DNA of 64,000 nucleotides from Vulcanimicrobiota bacterium (GTDB lineage Bacteria; Vulcanimicrobiota; Xenobia; Xenobiales; JADMJV01): NCBI GenBank assembly GCA_050250895.1, contig JBFWNU010000001.1, positions 584,008 to 648,007 of the forward strand, read 5' to 3'. Shown piece by piece: positions 57,990 to 64,000 of this stretch (position 1 is its first letter; each line of letters starts with the position of its first letter). The notes under the pieces were generated by a model. It saw only the letters and a program-made list of their open reading frames with translations, ran no database searches and was not told where the DNA came from. The position numbers and the translations under genes were made by a program.

Positions 57990-59096
57990 ATGCATATCAG
58001 TCCTGCCCTACCGCGCCCCGCGGATGCTCCCAAGAAGTGGACCATCCTGCAGTATTCCGCCGCCGACAACGACCTTTACAACTGGATGGTCCAGGATATC
58101 GACGAGGCCGAGGTGGTGGGCTCGACCGATACCATGAACCTGGTGGCCCAGGTCGACCACGGCTCCCGCGGCGGCTGCCAGAGGATGCAGCTGATCAAAG
58201 ACCCGGCCCGCGGCATTCACTCGCCGGTCGTGCAGGACCTCGGCAGCACCAACATGTCGGATCCCCACACCCTGGCCGACTTCATCAAGTGGGGCGTCAA
58301 GAACTATCCCGCCGAAAACTACATGGTCATTATCTCCGACCACGGTGACGGCTGGAAAGGCGCCTGCCAGGACTGGAGCCACGATGGCTGGATGAGCCTG
58401 CCCCAGATTCGCCAGGGCCTGGAAGAAGCCCGCCAGGAGACCGGTCGCAAGATCGACGTGCTGGGCTTTGACGCCTGCCTGATGGCCTCGAGCGAAGTCG
58501 GCTATGAGCTGCGCAACGAAGCCAGCTATCTGGTCGCCTCAGAAGAGACCGAAGGCGCCTCGGGCTGGCCCTACACGCGCCTGCTCAACGGCAACATGCT
58601 GGCCACCTTCACCGATACCCTATCGACCCGCCTGAACCTCGACCCCAAAGAGCTGGCCAAGCTGGTCGTCGCCACGGCCGAGAAGGATCAAGACAACCTG
58701 CCCACCATGAGCGCCATCGACCTGTCCAAGATGGACAACCTGGCCGCCGCCGTCAGCAACTTCGGAGACAAACTCGGGACCACCTGGACCAGCAAGTCGA
58801 CCCTCAAAGGCATGGCCGACGAGACTCAGGAGTTCACCGGCTACAAAGACCTGACCGACTTCGCCGAAAAAGTCGGCAGCAACTGGCGCATCTGGGACTT
58901 CGGTCTGTGGAGCGCCGCCCGCAACGTGATTAGTGCCGCCAAAGACGCTGTCATTGCCGAGCAGCACGACAAGCAGGCCTATCCCAACGCCAAGGGGATC
59001 ACCATCGAACTCAGCAATGTCGGCGGCGAATACCAGAACACCCAATTCGCCAAAGACACCAAGTGGGACGAGGGCGTGGCTCGCCTATCCGAGTAA
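57990..59096 (+). CDS. Clostripain-family (C11) cysteine peptidase
   Basis: WTILQYSAADNDL, NMSDP, catalytic DHG and FDACLM, ASEE, GWPY; AAGGAG RBS; no Sec signal. Confidence 0.92.
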   Translation: MHISPALPRPADAPKKWTILQYSAADNDLYNWMVQDIDEAEVVGSTDTMNLVAQVDHGSRGGCQRMQLIKDPARGIHSPVVQDLGSTNMSDPHTLADFIKWGVKNYPAENYMVIISDHGDGWKGACQDWSHDGWMSLPQIRQGLEEARQETGRKIDVLGFDACLMASSEVGYELRNEASYLVASEETEGASGWPYTRLLNGNMLATFTDTLSTRLNLDPKELAKLVVATAEKDQDNLPTMSAIDLSKMDNLAAAVSNFGDKLGTTWTSKSTLKGMADETQEFTGYKDLTDFAEKVGSNWRIWDFGLWSAARNVISAAKDAVIAEQHDKQAYPNAKGITIELSNVGGEYQNTQFAKDTKWDEGVARLSE

Positions 59097-59400
59097 GCTC
59101 GCCGGGAGCGCCGGGGAGCGGCTAGCGCCGAGATTTCGCCCTGCGGGCGACAGGGAGCGGTGCTACGCAACCGGGATAAGGAGCCGAACGCTCCGCGCGG
59201 AGATGTTGGCCGCGAAGCGGCTCTCGAAGCTCGGCTGGCGGGCTGCGGCTGGCGATCGCCCACTCCGGCTGGGGGATTTCGCCCACTCCGGCTGGGGCCA
59301 GCTTGTCTGGCGGGCCCGGCTAGCGATCGCCCACTCCGGGTGGGGCCAACCTTGTCTGGCGGGCCGCGAAGCGAAGCGAAAGGCTCCCTTTCTCGAGGGG
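59097..59400. repeat. Composite palindromic/tandem intergenic repeat
   Basis: TCGCCCACTCCGG(C/G)TGGGG at 59256, 59279 and 59327; 16-mer shared with 29217; GCGAAGCGAAG shared with ~29383. Confidence 0.7.
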
Positions 59401-59424
59401 CTAGGCGCGGATGTTACAACCGGG

Positions 59425-59817
59425 TTACCAGGCTTCGAAGCAGTCGTAGTTGCGTTGGCGGTGGATGCGGTCGCCCACGAAATCGAGAAAGACCGCGAAA
59501 TGGGCCTTCATCACCTCGCCCTGAGCCAGCGGCCCGAGAGGCACTGCCAGGATACCGGTCCAGTCCACTTCGAGAATGACCGTGTCCTGATGTTCGTAGG
59601 CTCGCAAGACCTCGTAGGTCTGGGCCGATAGCAGGTTGCGGCCCTGATCGGCCCCCGCCATGATGGCGGCCAGATCGCGCGTGGCCCCCTGGGGTAGCAG
59701 GCGATTGGGCAACTCGGTCTGGATCGCGTCGTCGGTGAAGTAGAGACGAACCTCTTCGCCGGTGGCGCCCGCCTCGAGGGTGTGCAGATAGGCTCTGGCC
59801 AGGTCGATACGGCTCAC
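59425..59817 (-). CDS. SnoaL/NTF2-like protein
   Basis: YFTDDAIQTELPN, VILEVDWTG, IHRQRNYDCF. Confidence 0.85.
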   Translation of the reverse strand: MSRIDLARAYLHTLEAGATGEEVRLYFTDDAIQTELPNRLLPQGATRDLAAIMAGADQGRNLLSAQTYEVLRAYEHQDTVILEVDWTGILAVPLGPLAQGEVMKAHFAVFLDFVGDRIHRQRNYDCFEAW

Positions 59818-59846
59818 CCCGGGCGGTTCGGGGTGAGCCTGTCGAG

Positions 59847-60443
59847 TTACTGCAGCCGCGCCGTGATACTGGCTACGTGTCTCCCTTGGAAGCGGGCCAG
59901 GCTGAACTCGGCCGGGCTGGGCTGGCGCGAGCCGTCTGCTCCGGCGATGGTGGCTGCCCCGTAGGGAGAGCCGCCGCGTACCTGGCTGATGTCGGACAAT
60001 TCGGGCGCGGCATAGGGCAGGCCCACGATGATCATTCCGTGGTGAGCCAGGGTCGGCCAGAAGGTGAGAATGGTCGACTCGTTACCACCGCCCGTGCCGG
60101 TCGACGTGAAGACGCTGGCCACCTTGCCAACCAGGGCGCCCTGAGCCCAGAGACCGCCGGTCTGATCCAGAAAGTTCCGCATCTGCGAGGCCATGTTGCC
60201 AAAGCGGGTGGGTGTGCCAAAGATGATCGCGTCATAATCGGCCAGCTCAGATGGCTGGGCCAGCGGCGCCTCTTGTTCGAGCTTGATGCCGGCGGCTTTG
60301 GCCCGTTCTTCGGGCACGAGCTCGGGCACCCGCTTCAGGGTCACCTCGACCCCCTCCACCTCGGCGGCGCCGTCGGCGACCTCGCGGGCCATGGTCTCGA
60401 TGTGGCCATAGCTGCTGTAGTAGAGAACCAGAATCTTCTTCAT
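59847..60443 (-). CDS. wrbA: NAD(P)H:quinone oxidoreductase WrbA
   Basis: [23 protein letters not shown]; ATG 60443 after GGAGG. Confidence 0.96.
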   Translation of the reverse strand: MKKILVLYYSSYGHIETMAREVADGAAEVEGVEVTLKRVPELVPEERAKAAGIKLEQEAPLAQPSELADYDAIIFGTPTRFGNMASQMRNFLDQTGGLWAQGALVGKVASVFTSTGTGGGNESTILTFWPTLAHHGMIIVGLPYAAPELSDISQVRGGSPYGAATIAGADGSRQPSPAEFSLARFQGRHVASITARLQ

Positions 60444-60528
60444 CGTTACCTCCAAACTTATCTTGAAGTCAAGACTATCACTGTTTCCCAAGATTGACTA
60501 GATAGCAATTTTGGAACATATTGTTGCC

Positions 60529-61410
60529 ATGGCGACAACAATCCACGAGATGGAGATTCTGGTGGCCGTGGTCAAGGCCGGCAGCTTCACGGCCGCCGCC
60601 AAGACCCTGGGCTTGCCGAAGTCTAGCCTCAGCCGGCGCCTGACCGGGCTCGAGCAGAGGTTGGGGGTGCGCCTGCTCCACCGCTCCACCCGCTCGCTGC
60701 GTTTGACGACTGTGGGTGAAACCTACTTTGACCGGGCTCTGCGGGTGCTGGTCGACATCGAGGACCTCGAATCTCAGGTCTCCGGATTTGCCAAGACGCC
60801 CCGAGGGCTTTTGCGGGTCACCTGTCCGGCTGGCTTGCCGAACCAGACCAGGGCTCTCTTTGCGGCCTTTCTCGAGACTTATCCCGAGGTGCGCCTACAG
60901 CTCGAAGAGACCGACCGGGTGGTCGACCTGGTGGCCGAGGGGTTCGACCTCGCCCTGCGGGGGGGACGGCCTCCTGACCCGACCTTGCAGGGAATGAGAG
61001 TCGGCGGTTCCCCCTCGGTCCTGGTGGCCTCGCCGGCCTACCTCAAGCGTCGTTCGCGCCCCACCAACCTCAAGTCGCTGCACGAGCATGCGCTGCTCAG
61101 CCTTTCCCACCGGCCCTGGCGGCTCAAGTCGGCTCGACGCGAACTAGAAGTCGCCATCACGCCCCGTCTGGTCACCAACAATCTGGCCGGATTGACCTCC
61201 CTGACCGAAAAAGGATTGGGCGTGGCGCTCTTGCCCGGCGGCAACTGCCGGGAGCCCATAGCCCAGGGTCGTCTGGCCCGGGTGTTACCGGCCTGGAGTG
61301 GACCCCGGGCAGAATTCTGGGTGGTCTATCCGAGCCAGCGAGGGATGACCAGCGCCGTCAGGGCCTTTCTCGAACTAGTCAAGAGCTGGGACTTTGATGG
61401 TCCGCTTTGA
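60529..61410 (+). CDS. LysR-family transcriptional regulator
   Basis: [27 protein letters not shown]; divergent from wrbA. Confidence 0.95.
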   Translation: MATTIHEMEILVAVVKAGSFTAAAKTLGLPKSSLSRRLTGLEQRLGVRLLHRSTRSLRLTTVGETYFDRALRVLVDIEDLESQVSGFAKTPRGLLRVTCPAGLPNQTRALFAAFLETYPEVRLQLEETDRVVDLVAEGFDLALRGGRPPDPTLQGMRVGGSPSVLVASPAYLKRRSRPTNLKSLHEHALLSLSHRPWRLKSARRELEVAITPRLVTNNLAGLTSLTEKGLGVALLPGGNCREPIAQGRLARVLPAWSGPRAEFWVVYPSQRGMTSAVRAFLELVKSWDFDGPL

Positions 61411-62356
61411 CGGCCTCGAACTCGGCCGTCTTCTCGCTGGGCAGGCTCTGCTCGAACACATGCAAACCCAACCGAGCCGAGAGGTCCTGGCAGACGCGAA
61501 TGGCGCGCACGCTGTTGCCGCGAGCGTCTAGAGGCGGAGAGAAGACCCCGATCCCCATGCGGCCGGGAACCACTGCCAGCAAACCTCCGCCGACGCCGCT
61601 CTTGGCCGGCAGCCCGACCGAGTAGACCCATTCTCCGGTGTAGTCGTAGAGACCGCAAGTGAACATCACCGAGAGAATGTCGCGCACATAATCGCCTTCG
61701 ATGGCCCGCACGCCCGTGGTCGGGTTGACGCCGCCGTTGGCCAGGGTGGCCGCCATGACGGCCAGGTCGGTAGCGTTGATCAAGAGCGAGCATTGCTGGA
61801 AGTAGAGGTCGAGAATTTCCTCGACTTTCTCTTCGATCATGCCGAAGTTGAGCATGAGGTGGGCGATAGCTCGATTGCGATGGCCGCTGGTGCGCTCGGA
61901 CATGAACACCGACATGTCGGCCAGCACCTCGTGGCCGACATAGGCCCCAAAAGTGTCCAGCACGCGATTGAGCTTCTGGGTTGGGCCCTGCCCCGGCAGC
62001 AGCGCCGTGATGGCGATGGCGCCGGCATTGACCATGGGATTGTACGGCCGCTTGGATTTTTCATCCAGGCGAATGATCGAGTTGAAGGCGTCGCCGGTGG
62101 GCTCGACCCCAACCCGTTCCAGCACGGCCGCGCGGCCCTGGTGCTCCAGCGCCATGCCGTAAACGAACGGCTTGGAGACGCTTTGAATGGTGAAGTTGCG
62201 GCGGCTGTCACCCACCTCCGAGACCTGTCCGTCGACCCCGACCAGACTGATGCCAAACCAGCTGGGGTCGGCCTTGGCCAACTCGGGAATGTAGTTAGCC
62301 ACCACTCCTTCGTCGAGATCGCGATAGCGTTCGTACAGCTGGCTCAATAGCTCCAC
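61379..62356 (-). CDS. glsA: Glutaminase A
   Basis: [15 protein letters not shown] (SxxK), [16 protein letters not shown]; start approximate. Confidence 0.93.
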   Translation of the reverse strand: MELLSQLYERYRDLDEGVVANYIPELAKADPSWFGISLVGVDGQVSEVGDSRRNFTIQSVSKPFVYGMALEHQGRAAVLERVGVEPTGDAFNSIIRLDEKSKRPYNPMVNAGAIAITALLPGQGPTQKLNRVLDTFGAYVGHEVLADMSVFMSERTSGHRNRAIAHLMLNFGMIEEKVEEILDLYFQQCSLLINATDLAVMAATLANGGVNPTTGVRAIEGDYVRDILSVMFTCGLYDYTGEWVYSVGLPAKSGVGGGLLAVVPGRMGIGVFSPPLDARGNSVRAIRVCQDLSARLGLHVFEQSLPSEKTAEFEAVKADHQSPSS

Positions 62357-62403
62357 AGGCGCGTTTTCGAGGGGGCCTCCCCGGAACCTACCAGCGCGGG
62401 CGT

Positions 62404-62676
62404 TGCAAAATCGGCCTGGCTGCCCTGTTGCCAGCTTGCACGCAGCCGACATCCCGGGCCAACCCGGCCACGCCCACGGCCGCCGCCACCCCGTTGACCA
62501 CCGAAGAGAAGGCCCGAGAAGTCGTCAAGAACTACTTCGAAGCCAAGATCAAGGGCGGGGCCGAAGGCAGCCAAATCTGCCGCTACCTGTTCTTGTCCGA
62601 ACAAGACCCCGACATGGTCTCGGGCAAAGAGAAGGCATGTGTTGAGCGCCTTGTGATCGAGCTAATTTTCGAGTAG
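62404..62676 (+). CDS. Small hypothetical or 5'-truncated lipoprotein
   Basis: Frame of ORF 62428 extends upstream as [11 protein letters not shown] (lipobox-like) but no start codon was found nearby. Confidence 0.35.
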   Translation, partial: CKIGLAALLPACTQPTSRANPATPTAAATPLTTEEKAREVVKNYFEAKIKGGAEGSQICRYLFLSEQDPDMVSGKEKACVERLVIELIFE

Positions 62677-62719
62677 GCTAGTGTCGCGCCGGCCGACGGC
62701 GAATAGTATCAGCAAGACA

Positions 62720-64000
62720 ATGGCGTTACTTCTGGTTGGGTTGAACCACAAGACCGCTCCCATCGAACTGCGGGAGAAGGTCAGTATGTCTCCTGAGGAC
62801 GTGCCCGAACTGCTGGCAGCCTTTCGTCGCTGCGAAGGGGTCGGTGAGTGCGCCATTCTTTCCACCTGCAACCGCACCGAACTCTATGCGGTGACCGAGA
62901 CCGATCCGGCCAGCTGCGGCCACGGTATTCAGCGTTTTCTCGAGCAATCGCGCCACCTCAACGGGGCAACCCTCGAGACGCACCTCTACCAACACCAGGA
63001 CCAGATCGCCATCAATCACCTCTTCTCGGTGTCGAGCGGACTCGACTCGCTGATCCTGGGCGAAAACCAGATCCTCGGACAGGTGCGCAAGGCCTATATG
63101 GCCGCCAGGGAGGCCCGGGTCACCGGGCCTTTCCTCGACCGTCTTTTCCCCTGGGCCCTACGAGTCGGCAAGCGGGCTCGTTCGCAAACCCGCATCTGCC
63201 AGGGCGCCTCGAGCGTGAGCGCGGCTGCCGTCGAGTTGGCCCAGAAAATCTTCGGAGACCTCAAGGGCCGGCGGTTGATGCTGCTGGGGGCCGGCAAGAT
63301 GACCCGCAAATCGCTCAAGCTCTTGCTGGCGGCCGGGGTCGAGCGAGTCAAAGTCGTGAACCGCACTTTCTCGCGGGCCAGTGAGATGGCCGAGCAGTGT
63401 GGCGGAGAGGCGGTGCCTTTCGAAGACCTGGACAAGGCCTTAGCCGAAGTCGACGTGCTGATCTCTTCCACCGGAGCGCCTCACTACGTGGTGACCAAGG
63501 AGAGAATGGGTCAGGTGATGCGGGCCCGCCGCGGCCGCCCGATTTTTCTGGTGGACATCGCCGTGCCCCGCGACTTCGACCCCGCCTGCGGCGAGCTCGA
63601 CAACGTCTACCTCTATAACATCGACGACCTCCAATCGGCCGTCGACCAGAATCTGGCCCGCCGCCATGACGAGGTCAAGCAGGTGCTGGCCATCATCGAA
63701 AGCGAGACCGAAGAGTTCTTCCGCTATGTCGAAGGGCGCCAGGCCAGCTCGGCCATCGTCCATCTGCGCTCGGGTTTTGACAGCATCCGCGAGCGCGAAC
63801 TCGAGCGTTTTACCAAGAAACACAAGCTCACTCCCGAACAGGCCGCTCTGGTCGAGAGGTTCTCGCAATCTCTGGTCAACAAACTGCTGCACCAGCCGAC
63901 CCAACGACTCAAGCAACTAGGGGGCGGGGGTGCGTGTCCCGAAGAGCTGACCAGATCCCTGGAGATTCTGGGCCTCTCGGGACATGAGGAGCTTGAATGA
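62720..64000 (+). CDS. hemA: Glutamyl-tRNA reductase
   Basis: GLNHKTAP, STCNRTE, GENQILGQ, GAGKM, DIAVPRD; stop at 64000. Confidence 0.97.
   Translation: MALLLVGLNHKTAPIELREKVSMSPEDVPELLAAFRRCEGVGECAILSTCNRTELYAVTETDPASCGHGIQRFLEQSRHLNGATLETHLYQHQDQIAINHLFSVSSGLDSLILGENQILGQVRKAYMAAREARVTGPFLDRLFPWALRVGKRARSQTRICQGASSVSAAAVELAQKIFGDLKGRRLMLLGAGKMTRKSLKLLLAAGVERVKVVNRTFSRASEMAEQCGGEAVPFEDLDKALAEVDVLISSTGAPHYVVTKERMGQVMRARRGRPIFLVDIAVPRDFDPACGELDNVYLYNIDDLQSAVDQNLARRHDEVKQVLAIIESETEEFFRYVEGRQASSAIVHLRSGFDSIRERELERFTKKHKLTPEQAALVERFSQSLVNKLLHQPTQRLKQLGGGGACPEELTRSLEILGLSGHEELE

Noticed and set aside
59235-59370. Possible mini CRISPR array
   Set aside because: Spacers are irregular and themselves repeated; no cas genes in the window.

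Overview
A GC-rich bacterial chromosome segment with no rRNA, tRNA, CRISPR array, transposase or integrase that I could see. The left end holds a compact, rearranged flagellar-type type III export and basal-body cluster, with fliQ-fliR-flhB-flhA-fliJ divergent from fliE-flgB-flgC-fliF-fliG-fliH. fliP, fliI, fliM/N, hook, flagellin and stator genes are absent from this window. The rest mixes housekeeping genes (argG, an icd-like dehydrogenase, yceD-rpmF-fabH-fabG-acpP, pyrG, scoAB-acyl-CoA dehydrogenases-etfBA, wrbA/LysR, glutaminase, hemA) with many accessory proteins. The main signal is a set of normally extracellular enzymes and toxin-like proteins: a subtilase, a clostripain, a SleB-like cell-wall hydrolase, an alpha/beta hydrolase and a nucleotidyltransferase-like/glycine-zipper protein. 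These lack Sec signal peptides and begin with Pro/Ala/Ser/Thr-rich leaders resembling that of FliE. Two of them share FASxWLGxG and DxxxL[S/T] motifs, several share upstream TT(A/T)ACA/AACAAT DNA motifs, and a CesT/YbjN-like chaperone gene lies in the window. My inference is a flagellum-derived secretion system exporting lytic effectors. There is also a post-stop-codon AGACGGT heptamer repeat family and a dispersed palindromic repeat family. All family assignments come from motif recognition by eye; no database search was run.
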